Shown: positions 24,225 to 36,130 of the stretch, piece after piece | How positions within the stretch are numbered: position 1 is the stretch's first letter | Layout: each line of letters opens with the position of its first letter | Origin: Gekko japonicus | Taxonomy: Eukaryota | Reading direction: 5' to 3' | Assembly: GCF_001447785.1 (NCBI RefSeq) | Contig: NW_015172563.1 | Location: forward strand, 862,150 to 926,149 | DNA length: 64,000 nucleotides | Notes under the pieces: generated by a model | Database searches by the model: none | Seen by the model: only the letters and a program-made list of their open reading frames with translations | What the model was told of the DNA's origin: nothing | Position numbers and translations under genes: made by a program

Positions 24225-25225
24225 TTATTTAATTTAATTAATTAATTCAATTTATATCCCGCCCTCCCTGCCAAGCCGGCTCAGGGCGGCTTACATTAAA
24301 AAGTTAAAATACATTAAAACACAAATAATAGACATCATAAAATCATAACAAGTAAAGTGCATAGTGATCCCAGTAGGCCATGGTGGAATGGTGACAAAGC
24401 AGTATAACCGGAGTCAGTGTCCAGTATATCACAGGCTACTGGTGATGGCATAGAGGGCCTTACCACAGTTCAGTTGTTGTTGGAAGTGGCTCCTAATCAC
24501 AGGCCTGGTGGAAGAGCTCCATTTTGCAGGCCCTGCGGAACTGTAAAAGGTCCCACAGAGCCCTAATGTCTTCCGGGAACTCATTCCACCAGTATGGAGC
24601 CACCACTGAGAAGGCCCTGGCCCTGGTAGAGGCTAGTCTGGAATCTTTCGGTCCAGGGAGGGCCAAGCAATTTTGAGACCCCGACCTCAGCGCTCTCTGG
24701 GGAACATATGGGGAAAGGCAGTCCATCAGGTAAGCAGGCCCCAGACCATATAGGGCTTTGAAAGTTAAAACCAGCACCTTGAAGTGAATCCAGTATGCTT
24801 TTGGCAGCCAGTGCAATGCCTACAGCACAGGCTGGATATCTTTCCGCACAGGAAGACCCATCAGTAGCTGCAGCTTCTGGATTTGTGAAAAGGGCAGCCC
24901 CATGTAGAGAGCATTACAGTAGTCCAGTCTTGAGGTGACCATTGCGTGGATCACTGTTGCCAGATCATTGCGTTCGAGGAAGCCTAATCAGCCGAAGATG
25001 GTAAAAGGCTGCCTTGTCAGTGGCTGCTACCTGGGCCTCCACTGTTAAGGAGGCATCCAGGAGCACTCCCAAACTCCTAACCTTTGGCACTGGCACCAAC
25101 GGCACCCCATTGAAGGCCGGTAGTGGGATCCCTGCCCCCGGTCTGCTCCGACTCAGGCACAGGACTTCCATTTTCATCGGATTCAATTTCATTTGGCTCA
25201 GTCTAATCCTACCAGCCACGGCTAT
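24225..25225 (-). mobile_element. L2 LINE 3' fragment
   Basis: ORFs 24965..25219 and 24493..24816 resemble the L2 ORF2 C-terminus and the copy at 37045-38100; (TAAT/TAAA) tail. Confidence 0.85.
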
Positions 25226-25929
25226 TAGCCATAAGCTATAGATAGGAACTCTCAGTCTGGGGTGAGTGATGCTCTGATGTTCTTATGGCTTGTAAAACCC
25301 AGTCCAGATCTTCCGGGGGAGAGTTGGACTGACTGCCCAACAACAGATATAAGCAAACAAACTGATTCAGTCTGGTTTCTGGACTAAGTTCAGCTTGATG
25401 GAAGCAGGGTAGTACAGATAAAACATTGAATAAATTGGTACCAAAGTAACAACCTTTTTAAGGAAAGCTTGTTGGTAAGTTTTATTTGCGAGTGCAACTT
25501 TGCTGACAGAAGAGGGACCTTTGACTCTCAAAAGCTTCCCCCCCCCAATCTTATTGGTCTGTAAGGTGCTACTAGACTCAAATCTAGCTTTTCTAACAGC
25601 TTCCTATAGAAAGCAATCACATGTTCCAATAAAGGTCTTGTTCTATGACTCTCAGGGACCCTTACCACTACTGAAACAACGAAACGTGTTTGCAGGATAA
25701 TAGCTTTACATTCCCCTTCACTGAAAACAGTCCTTGACAATGCAGACCTAACCAGGCCATTCTTCAGGCAGGTAAACACACAACCTGCCCCATTAGCATT
25801 CCCTACTTAGACCCTGAGTTTCAGTTTCCTGCATCTATCAAGAAATGGTACAGAATTTTAGTATTTAAATGGCTCATCCAAGCTGGCATTTTAGGTCTAG
25901 TCCCTCTGCGACCCTGACAGAAGAAGGTT

Positions 25930-26576
25930 CTGCAGTGGCTGTGAAGAATGCTAATGCAATCTTAGGATGCATTAACAGAAGCATTGTGTCCAGATCACAG
26001 GAGGTGGTAGTTCCACTCTATTCTGCTATGGTCAGGCCTCACCTGGAGTACTGTGTCCAGTTTTGGGCACCACGTTTTAGGAAGGATGTTGACAAGCTCG
26101 AGCGTGTCCAGAAGAGGGCAACCAGGATGGTGAGAGGGTTGGAATCCAAGTCTTATGAGGAAAGGCTGAAAGAGTTGGGTATGTTTAGCCTGGGAAAGAG
26201 AAGGCTTAGAGGGGACATGATTGCAGTCTTCAAGTATTTGAGGGGCTGTCATGTAGAAGATGGAGCAGATCTATTCTCTCTCGCTCCTGATTGCAGGACT
26301 AGATCTAACGGATGGAAATTACAAGGGAGTAGTTACCGGCTAAGTATCAGGAAAAACTGTAAAAACTTCCTAACTGTAAGAGTGGTTGAGTAGTGGAACA
26401 GTTTGCTTCGGGAGGTGGTGGATGCTCCTTCGCTGGACATTTTCAAGCGAAGGCTGGACGACCATCTTTTGGGTATGTTGTAGGGCTATCTTTCAGCTAC
26501 GCTCCTGCGGAGTGCGGGGGTTGGACTAGATGACCTGCAAGGTCCCTTCCAACTCTTAACATTCTATGATTCTATT
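25930..26576 (+). mobile_element. CR1 LINE 3' fragment
   Basis: ORF 25869..26393 ANAILGCI...RPHLEYCVQFWAP...RRLRGDMIAVFKYL is the CR1 ORF2 C-terminus; ATTCTATG tail. Confidence 0.92.
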
Positions 26577-26815
26577 CAGCCAGGATTGTTCCATTGTCTT
26601 GCTGGAACTCTGATACCATGTTTACACACTATAGGGTCAGACAAGTATGAACCTTTCCTCCATCCCTCTTTAACATCTGGCCCAGCCATGCTGCCTTCTC
26701 CCTCCTTTCTCCAGCCTTCCTCTCTGAAAGTGGCTTCCCTCACCCACATTCCACTTGCTTTCCTCCTTTCACATCATGCTGGGAAGAACGTCAGTGCCTG
26801 TATCTTGCTCTAGAA

Positions 26816-27672
26816 CAGGGGTGGCCGAACTTGCTTAACATAAGAGCCACAAAGAAGAAACATCAGATGTCTGAGGGCCACAAGACATGAACAAATATTA
26901 CACACATGTTTTTATTGGAAGATATGTCAATTTGCTTTTTATTAACATTAACATTAAATAAGACTGCTAGAAATAAAAACAAAAAGGGGTAAAAACAGAT
27001 ATTGATAATGATATTTAAAGAGACAAATGCTTTCTCCAAGCCGGCCGTGCTTTGAGAACGCATTTAAAGTTGCTTTCTTTTTCTGCTTCCTCCCCCCCCC
27101 ACATCAAGCCTATCCAGGGAGGGGAGCACTGGCTGGGGAAAGGAAGACCGATGGGCAGGGGTCATTTCCTGCAGGAGCGCACAGGAGCGGAGCTCCGGCA
27201 GTAAAGAGCCCAGGGGGTGGGCACATGCAACAAGCCCCACCCCCTGCTCCCAGCAGCCCTCAGTCAGAGCAAGAAGAAGCCAGGTAGGCCTTCCCACGGC
27301 CCCCAGGTCCAAAACAGTCCAGTGGCACCTTTAAGACCACGTTTTATTCAGGTACAAGCTCTCCCTCCTCTGTGAGGACAGATGTGCACGTCCCCCCCCC
27401 AATAGCTAGCTATCCAAAACAGTCCAGTGGAGCCTGAGCAGGGGGTGTTGCCTTCTGACACACTTCAGGTGATGTCAGGGGGTGTGGCATATGCAAACGA
27501 TTTATGCTAATGAGTTATGCTAATGAGCTCCTGCACCTCTTTTTCTACGAAATGACCCCTGCCGGTGGGGAAGCATGCTTTCCCTTCACTTCCCCAGCTG
27601 ACCTGCTGGGAGCCACACAGGATGTGTGAAAGAGCCGCATGTGGCTCCCGAACCACAGTTAGGTCACCCCCA
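26816..27672. mobile_element. hAT non-autonomous element with nested MITE
   Basis: CAGGGGTGGCC start; TSD CTCTAGAA/CTCTAGAG. Confidence 0.75.
27156..27561. mobile_element. hAT MITE (octamer-like motifs), nested
   Basis: TIR CAGGGGTCATTTC / GAAATGACCCCTG; TSD CCGATGGG/CCGGTGGG; inverted homolog of 30221-30608. Confidence 0.82.
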
Positions 27673-27679
27673 CTCTAGA

Positions 27680-27850
27680 GCAAAGTTTGAATCCAGTGGC
27701 ACCTTGAAGACCAACAAAGTTTAATTCTGGGTATAAGCTTTCGTGTACATGAACACTTCATCAGAATTAAACTTTGTGAGTCTTAAAGGTGCCACTGGAC
27801 TCAAACTTTGTTCCGTTGCTTCAGACCAACACGGCTACCCACTGGAATGT
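27680..27850. mobile_element. Penelope-like terminal inverted repeat
   Basis: ~50-bp inverted arms around a hammerhead core; same family as 16722-16925. Confidence 0.75.
27731..27764 (-). ncRNA. Minimal type I hammerhead ribozyme motif
   Basis: Minus strand reads CUGAUGA-A-GUGU(UCAUGU)ACAC-GAAA-GC-UU-AUAC; the 5' strand of stem I appears lost. Confidence 0.55.
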
Positions 27851-28118
27851 ATCTTGCTCTGTGCCTTCTAACCTGCAACAGGGCTTTAGAAGCTTTAGCT
27901 TTATTAAATCCAGTTTTCTTTCTGATCATTCCTCCCTTGTCTACTTATTCTTCACAACAGCACCCTTTTAGGGGTAGAACAGGGTGAGAGACTGTGATGG
28001 GACCAAGGTCACCTGGCAGGCTTCCATGGTTGAGTGAGGGATTTAAACCTGGTGGTCCCAGGTCATAGTCCTACACTCTAACACACACCAGCCCTCATCT
28101 CCTCTTATTTCTTCTCCC

Positions 28119-28431
28119 TAGGGTTGCCAAGTTGTTGCAGTTGCCACAGTGGGGGACTCCCGGGCGGCGACTGGAGCGCGCGCGTCACCCGGAAGTGACG
28201 TTAGGACGCCGGGCACGCTGGGGGTGGGGCCACGCCCATTGGAGGGGAAACCATAGAGTTTTCCCTCTGATGGTCGTGGCCCCGCCCCCAGTGTGTTCGG
28301 CGTCTCAACGTCACTTCCTGGTGACGCGCATGTCGGGGCGGGGTTCCCCCCGGGGCCCGATCCGCCCACGGCGGGGAACGGGCCTCTGCGGCGGAGATTT
28401 CCCCGCCCCCCGGGGGGACTTGGCAGCCCTA
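28119..28431. mobile_element. CpG-rich palindromic hAT MITE
   Basis: TAGGGTTGCCAAG...CTTGGCAGCCCTA; perfect TSD CTTCTCCC; partial second copy at ~54764-54920. Confidence 0.88.
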
Positions 28432-29716
28432 CTTCTCCCTTTCCCTCTCTCTTTTCTAGCAGTGTGTGGTTTGTGTGTGGTTTGGTGTGGAGGAGAGGGA
28501 AATCTCCCCCATGCTTTGTTAGTAGGGGGCTGCAGTCACTGCTAAAAGAACATAACAGTGACCAAGTGGAAGTCTTCCAGCCCTCCCAAGATGACTCAGT
28601 CGTTTTGGAATGCTTTCCTCATTGGATGAGATTAGGGTTCCCAACAGCCTGGAGGGAAAAAAAAGTCCTATCCCTTTGATATCAGATGTCATTTACCAGG
28701 TGATGTCTGTCCTATGAAAAGCTTCAGCTGCTCATTTCAACAGATTAGACCTCTATTAAAGGGCCAGGGTATTATTTTTCTCCAGGCTGTAGATGAGAAA
28801 AGAAAATTTACATTCCATGCTAAGGATGGAAAAGCAATCAGCCCACCCCAGGGTTTGATACTGAGGACTTCAGTCTGCTCACTGATGTCTGCAGACTTTC
28901 CTTGGGTTATATTCCTTGTGGACTGCTCAGTTATTTTTGACAACTTTCAGGGGCCTCTCTCCCCTTTCTTCTCTGTCACTTCTATTACAATGCTAATGAA
29001 GTGCAGTGTTTTAAACACAATCAGTCCCCAGCCCAGTAAGGTTTTCCCACTACCCAAAGGATTGCTGTTCAATCCCTGGGCCACAGATCTCAGAATATAC
29101 CTACTCATCTCAATACAATTTTCCTGTTTCACCAGAAAAATGAACACAAAAACGGGGAAGGTTGTTTTGTTTTTTGGCATCACTTATAATTACTTGGGTT
29201 TCACTGAATTTCCTTAGCATTTGTTTATTTAATCTTTCTTCTTACCTCAGAAGGTCCCTAAGACTTAATTTTCCATGTTTAAACTTGAGTTTCCACCATT
29301 AATATGAACCTTTCCAGAGTGTTACGGGAACTGTGATCTAAAAATACTTTTGAACATTTTTGTTTATGGCCTTCCAACATGCTCATTTGAACTGCTTGCC
29401 ATCACAAAACTTTCCTAAGGTCTGATATTCCCTGTTGTAGCTTGGAATCTGCCCTCCTCCGGGGGGAGATGGTGGTAGAAACAGCACTTCTCAGACCACT
29501 TCTCAGGAACTGTGATTTCAGAAGTGCACAGCAACTTTTAAGCATGCTGACTTCATTGTTGTCCTAGTTCTGCCTTCATGCCCATCCCTCAAGGACTCTG
29601 ATCTCATTTATATATCATAAGAGCAGATAGACGATTGTTCAGTATGTGCTGAGGTGCAGTAGAATCGGAACGGACAAACATTCTAAGGAAAGCAAAGATT
29701 TATAATTACAGAAATA

Positions 29717-29839
29717 ATGGAAATGTTATCTGCTGGAAAAAGAGACTTAAGCCAAAGCAGCGAAATGGAACTGGTGAATTTACAAACAGATGAAATTGTT
29801 AAGAGGAGTACTCTTCAGAAGTATAAGATACTCTGTGCA
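29717..29839 (+). CDS. ENPP3: ENPP3 coding exon 1 (cytoplasmic tail, ...EIVKRSTLQKYKILCA)
   Basis: VKRSTLQKYKILC resembles the ENPP3 juxtamembrane VKKNTLKKYKIAC; phase-0 GTAAGT donor. Start codon ambiguous (29717, 29723 or 29765). Confidence 0.88.
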
Positions 29840-30220
29840 GTAAGTATTGTTATTTCCTTTTTAAAAAAGAGTTTTAATTGTAACTGCATTGCAGTATCTG
29901 TTCAAATTCCATTGCATTTAACAGAATAAACGTATTAATTAAATCCTTTTAGCATCTAGAAATTTTCTGGCAGAGACCGAAAGGTATTTAGAATACTGCT
30001 TAAACAAAGCCATGCCTATTCTTAATGTTCTTGTCTTATATACCGCTAAAGAAAAGATAGGAAACTTGAAACTTCAAAGGCTGGGGGGGGGGGAAACTCC
30101 CATTAACTTGAAGCAATATATATACTTCTGCTTGTAGGCAGGGCAGCATACCTTGTTTGCTTGTGTTTTAAAACAAAATGAAGACTTCTATTACTAGCAT
30201 GTGCTATTTTCATTCATAAC

Positions 30221-30608
30221 CAGGGGTCATTTCGTAGAAAAAGAGGTGCAGGAGCTCATTAGCATAACTTATTTGCATAACTTATTTACATATGCCACAC
30301 CCCCTGACATCACTGGAAGTGTGTCAAAAGGCAACACCCACCACTCAGGCTCCACTGGACTGTTTTGGATTGCTATATATGGGGGGGGGGGAAACGCGCA
30401 GATCTGCCCTCACAGAGGAGGGAGAGCTTGTACCTGATGGCAAGCTGGGGGGCGGTGGCTCTGCAATTTACCTGGCTGCTTCTTGCTCCTCGTGGCCCGA
30501 CTGAGGGCTGCTGGGAGCAGGGGGCGGGGCTTGTTGCATGTGCCCGCTCCCTGGGCTCCTTACTGCTGGAGCTCCGCTCCCGTGCATTCCCGCAGGAAAT
30601 CACCCCTG
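30221..30608. mobile_element. hAT MITE with octamer ATTTGCAT
   Basis: TIR CAGGGGTCATTTC / GAAATCACCCCTG; perfect TSD TTCATAAC. Confidence 0.88.
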
Positions 30609-31054
30609 TTCATAACCCTTGTAACATAGTCGCTCATGGTGGGTTTGTTAGTGGATGAGTTCCTCTCCTCTAAGGTTTGCATTCTGGCTTAAACAGAGTA
30701 TGTAGGACCAGAAGGATGGCAACTAAAAAAAAAAAAGACAGGGTCAGCAGTGATTAATGTTCTAATTGCTGTACACACTATCTTATGTGTGTGATATGCA
30801 GATAACATAACTATTTATGAGGTGAAATCCAGGAATCAACCATGCAGTTTGAGGCTATGTGCATAATTATTCTATATGTACAGGTCTAATTTGAATGTTA
30901 AGGCCAGGCGGATGTTGGGAAGCAAGCAGGCATGCTGAGTGGTCAGAAAGGTATATAGAGAGCAATGACGGTGAAAAGTGTACAGTTGATACGCCACAGT
31001 TGATACAGTGAGTGAGCTCCATGCACCATGCACATCTTCTAGTCAGGTTATGGA

Positions 31055-31479
31055 TCATTCAGCCTGCTCAGCCTAGAGGAAGTTGACAGGTTGCTCCTAA
31101 CTGTACGCCCTACCACTTGCTCCCTTGATCTGTGCCCTTCATGGCTAATTAAAGCTGGCCATGTGGGGTTTCAAGATGTCCTACGGGAGATTGTCAACAA
31201 GTCCCTCTTGGAAGGGCGGTTCCCTGGAGCACTTAAGGAAGCAGTGGTTCGCCCTCTCTTGAAAAAGCCATCCTTGGACCCGACTGAATTGGCAAACTAT
31301 CAGCCAGTCTCCAACTTGCCCTATTTGGGCAAGATAATAGAGATGCCTATGACCATACAGTTACAGGGCTTCTTGGATGACACTTCCACCTTAGATTCCC
31401 TTCCAGTCTGGCTCTCGCCCGGGACGTGGGACAGAGACGGCACTGGTGGCCCTCACAGATGACCTCAGGAGACGTCTGT
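31055..31479 (+). mobile_element. L2 LINE, part left of the Gypsy insertion
   Basis: ORF 31091..31462 (TTCSLD...LKEAVVRPLLKKPSLDP...NYQPVSNLPYLGK) is the pre-RT region of L2 ORF2. Confidence 0.88.
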
Positions 31480-31870
31480 TGTTGTGTTCTAGGGTTTATT
31501 CCTATGCTGTTTGAATTGCCCTCTAGTATCCTAGTTCTCTCATTCTATTGGCTGTCTAATACAGACCACCCATTGGTCCTGAAGCCACCTAAGGTAACCA
31601 CTGCTTAGGTCCAGTCAGACCTTGTGTATATAGTTACATTGTATATAGTTTACTGTTGAAATCATATAAGTTAAGTGTTGCTCTGTGCAGATCAGATCAG
31701 AGCTGAACAATGTCTTGAATAAAAGCCTTATTATGGTTTATCGTCTCCTGCCTGTCAGTACTTTAAACTGGCGGTGAAGATGGGATTCCAGGCCTGACCG
31801 AACGGGAGATCACTCTCTGCCTGCCCAGACTGAAATAACTAAGGGCGCCTAGAGCTAAATCACTACGGGC

Positions 31871-33013
31871 ATGGCATTCAAGGGCCATATCGAACCGTTT
31901 GACCCCAAGGTTGGGAACTGGGAATCCTACCTCGACTGTTTTGAATGCTTCCTCATAGCAAACAGTATTGAAGGAGACGATGTCTGCCGTGCCACTTTTC
32001 TAAGTACCTGCGGCCAGGCTGTATTCAACATTGCTCGGGACTTAGTAGCTCCATCCAAGGTACTGGAAACACCTCTCAGCATCATAATGACACGGCTCAG
32101 CGACTATTTCATGTCAAAGATGTCTGCTGCCATACATCAATGTGTTTTCCACCAATGGAACCAGAAAGAGGGCAAGTCTGTCACAGAGTACGTCACCGCA
32201 CTGAGAAGGGCTGCTCAAGACTGTCAGTTCCCAAATTTAAAATCAGTCCTGCTGGATTGTCTGCTCTGCGGCATCAGAGATGACAGCATCAGGTGAGTGC
32301 TTCTTTTACAAAAAGAACTCACTTATGAATTGGCACTCGAAGACGCGCTGCAAGTGGAGGCCGCCAATATTTATCTTCGCGAACTGCGACTGGGCGCTCA
32401 CACGTCATGCCACACCGATGCTGTTCACCACGGCGATACTGCTGACTCCTCTGTTTTTCAAGATGACCAATCAGAATTGTCTGATGACAGAGTCCACAGA
32501 ACGGGAGCCAACCAGAAGCCACGCCATTCTCAAAAAAGCCCGCAAAGGGGAGTATGTGCTGGTTGCAGTAGTGCGCATGCTCGCAGAGACTGTCAATTCC
32601 GCGACACCATCTGCTGTGCTTGTGGAAAAATGGGCCACCTTGCCAAAGTCTGCCGCTCATCACAAGGTCCTTCCACACCTAAAGTAGTCCGTCGTCCAGC
32701 AAGGGTTTCCGGAAAATCTCGCCAGTCCTGTTTCCTGTCTTTGCGGTCGTTCAATCGCAGGCTGCAATACAATAACAAAGCAAGTGCCTCAGAAGACTAC
32801 ACCAATCGCCTGTACATTCATCATGGTCTTCGCACTTGCCCCAAGATAAAGGTGACTGTTTTCCTCAAAGATCGTGCTTGCCAGATGGAGATCGACTCCG
32901 GCTCTGCACTGTCAATCGTCTCGTGGAACACTTTCCAACAAGTATGTCCCTGGTTCCCTGCACACCGTCTCCAGAAGTACAGCCTACAACTTTTCGATTT
33001 CCAGAGAAACTGA
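31871..33013 (+). pseudogene. Gypsy gag-protease (interrupted by TGA at 32294)
   Basis: Two zinc knuckles (CAGCSSAHARRDC; CACGKMGHLAKVC) and aspartic protease motif EIDSGS. Confidence 0.9.
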
Positions 33014-33149
33014 GTTCCTGTCGTCAGCATCATCCCCATCCAGGTCACGTAACTTGCTCGTTGTTGAAGGTCGCTGTATGAGCCTTATTGGTCTGGATTG
33101 GTTCACCGCACTCGGTATTGACATTATCAGCGTCAACCACACCAGTTAC

Positions 33150-35270
33150 AAAGATCCACCTGTCTCCCTCACCTTGAATCCTGTCGTCCAACCCATACGC
33201 CTCAAGCCATGGCGATGCCCCATCACTCTCAAGCCGCGTATCGACGAGTAGATCGATAAGCTGCTGGCTCAAGGTATCTTGGAGCCCATCCCCAATGCTG
33301 AGTGAGAAACTCCGATCATCACTCCAATCAAACCTGATGGTTCGATCCACTTGTGCGCGGATTACAAGTGGACCCTCAACAAGGCCCTGCAGCTGCATGC
33401 ATACCCGGTGCCTGTGGTAAGCCATCTTTTAGTGTCCATCTCCGGGGGCCAGGTGTTCGCCAAAATCGATTTAGCTCAGGCATACCAACAACGCCCTGTT
33501 GATGCAGTCACGGCCGAAGCTCAGACAATCGTGACACACCATGGTGCCTTCAAGTTGAACCGTTTACAATTCGGGGTAAGCGTTGCCCCTGGAATTTTCC
33601 AGGAACTAATGGAGTGCCTCCTGAAAGACTTACCCGGCGGCGTCCCTTATTTGATGATGTGTTGATAGCAGGGGCCTCTGACCTAGAACTGACTGCTCGT
33701 GTGCAGGAGGTCCTCTGCCGGCTGCAGGAGGTCAGTCTGCGGGTGAAAAAAGAGAAATGCGAGTTTTTCATCTCCACAGTCTAGTTGTTGGGGTTCCTCC
33801 TGGACAAAGATGGCATCCATCCTGCCCCGGACAAAGTTGCCGCAATCTGCAAGCTGCTCCCTCCGAAATTGAAGAAAGAGCTGCAGTCCTTTTTAGGACT
33901 CCTTAACTTCTATCACACTTTTCTGCCAAACAAAGCAGCTACAGCTGAACCNNNNNNNNNNNNNNNNNNNNNNNNNNNNNNNNNNNNNNNNNNNNNNNNN
34001 NNNNNNNNNNNNNNNNNNNNNNNNNNNNNNNNNNNNNNNNNNNNNNNNNNNNNNNNNNNNNNNNNNNNNNNNNNNNNNNNNNNNNNNNNNNNNNNNNNNN
34101 NNNNNNNNNNNNNNNNNNNNNNNNNNNNNNNNNNNNNNNNNNNNNNNNNNNNNNNNNNNNNNNNNNNNNNNNNNNNNNNNNNNNNNNNNNNNNNNNNNNN
34201 NNNNNNNNNNNNNNNNNNNNNNNNNNNNNNNNNNNNNNNNNNNNNNNNNNNNNNNNNNNNNNNNNNNNNNNNNNNNNNNNNNNNNNNNNNNNNNNNNNNN
34301 NNNNNNNNNNNNNNNNNNNNNNNNNNNNNNNNNNNNNNNNNNNNNNNNNNNNNNNNNNNNNNNNNNNNNNNNNNNNNNNNNNNNNNNNNNNNNNNNNNNN
34401 NNNNNNNNNNNNNNNNNNNNNNNNNNNNNNNNNNNNNNNNNNNNNNNNNNNNNNNNNNNNNNNNNNNNNNNNNNNNNNNNNNNNNNNNNNNNNNNNNNGC
34501 TCCATCGCCTTCTGGACAAATCAGCTCCGTGGGCGTGGGGCTGCCGGGAACAAGCAGCGTTCCAGGCCGTCAAAGCTCTCCTAGTTTCCACTAGGGTCCT
34601 CATCCACTAAGACAAAAGGAAGCCTTTCGTTATGGCTTGCAATGCGTCACCCTATGGGATCGGGACAGTCTTCAGTCACAGGCTGCCTACAGGACAGGAA
34701 GCTCCCATAACTTTCTACTCCAGGACTCTATCCTCAGCGGAGAGGAATTATGCCCAGATAGGCTGAGAGGCGTTAGCTATCACCACAGCTGTAAAAAAAA
34801 TTCCACGATTTCATCATCTATGGTTGTGAGTTCAAGATCGTCATTGACCACAAACCGCTGCTCGGCATTTTTACAAGAGATCGCCAGACTCCGCAGATCC
34901 TGTCGCCTCACATGATGCATTGGGCCGTCCTTCTCTCTGCTTATGACTTTACCCTGGTCCACAATCCTGGAAAGACCATCAGGCATGCCGATGCCCTCAG
35001 CCGCCTGCCGCTGCCAGAACAACACGAGGCCCCGATCCAAGAGGAACTGCTGCAGCCTCCACTCATGGTTGCCGATGTCGCTTTCTACACCACCTGGGAC
35101 CATACACTCAGCCGCCATCACCTGGCCCATGTGGAGGGGCTGGCTGCCCGAGAAGCTCGAGGTCGAATTCCAGCCTTTCCAGTCACACTCATCAGAACTG
35201 TCAGTGAGCAAAAGCTGTCTCCTCTGGGGAAATAGGGTCATAGTCCCTTCCCCACTAAGTGAGTTTTAGA
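33150..35270 (+). pseudogene. Gypsy reverse transcriptase / RNase H (stops, frameshifts, assembly gap)
   Basis: CADYK.TLN, FAKIDLAQAYQQ, RLQFGVSVAPGIFQ, frameshifted Y-DD, ELQSFLGLLNFY, HADALSRLP. Confidence 0.9.
33952..34498. other. Assembly gap (inside Gypsy pol)
   Basis: Run of N. Confidence 1.
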
Positions 35271-35280
35271 CACCCTAAAT

Positions 35281-36130
35281 GTGGGGCACCCCAGCATCGT
35301 GAAGATGAAGGCTATCACAAGAAGCTATGTGTGGCAGCCAGGACTGGACCAGCAAATCGAGTGCTGGGTCCAAACGTGTCAGCCCTGCCAGGAATCAAGG
35401 CCTGAAGCCCTATCCGTTCCAGTCCATCCCTGGGAGAAGTCGTGGGGACCATGGTCCCCCATCCACATGGACTTCGCTGGACCTTTCCAGGGCAGAACGC
35501 TCCTCCTCCTCCTCGACGCCTACTCAAAATGGTTGGAGGTATGCCCTATCTCTTCAATGACCACGGCTGTCATCACCCGCTGCCTGGAGTGGCTATTTGC
35601 CACATTTGGCCTTCCGGACCTCATCGTTTTGGATAACAGGGCTCAGTTCACCTCCACTGAGTTCCAGAGGTTCGCGGATGAGCAGGTTATTCGGCACGTC
35701 ACCTCAGCTTCTTTCCACCCAGAGACGAATGGCCAGGTGGAGCGCATGGTGAGGACCATGAAAGATTCACTTCGCAGACTCAGCGGTGGGAACTTCCTAG
35801 CAAACTTCACGGACTTCTTGTTTCATCAGCATTCTATGCCACACGCTGCCATGGGGAGGACCCCGGCGGAGCTCCTAATGGGATGCCAGTTGTCCATGTG
35901 CATGAGCTGCCTCCACCCGGACCTTGCATCGGACACCAGCCATGACCCCATCGTCTCAGGAATCACAAAGATTTTCGTGCCGGGCAACACAGTCTACACC
36001 TGCAACTACGGAGAGGGTCCTCACTGGGTTCCTGTTGTGGTTCTCCATTCGACATGGCCTCTCTCGTACGAGGTGGAGGACGAGGCAGGGCAGGTCTGCC
36101 GCCATCACCTGGCCCAGCTCCAACGTCATT
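35281..36130 (+). pseudogene. Gypsy integrase
   Basis: H..CQPC zinc finger; D (HMDFAGP), D (LDNRAQF), E (NGQVERM) triad. Confidence 0.9.
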
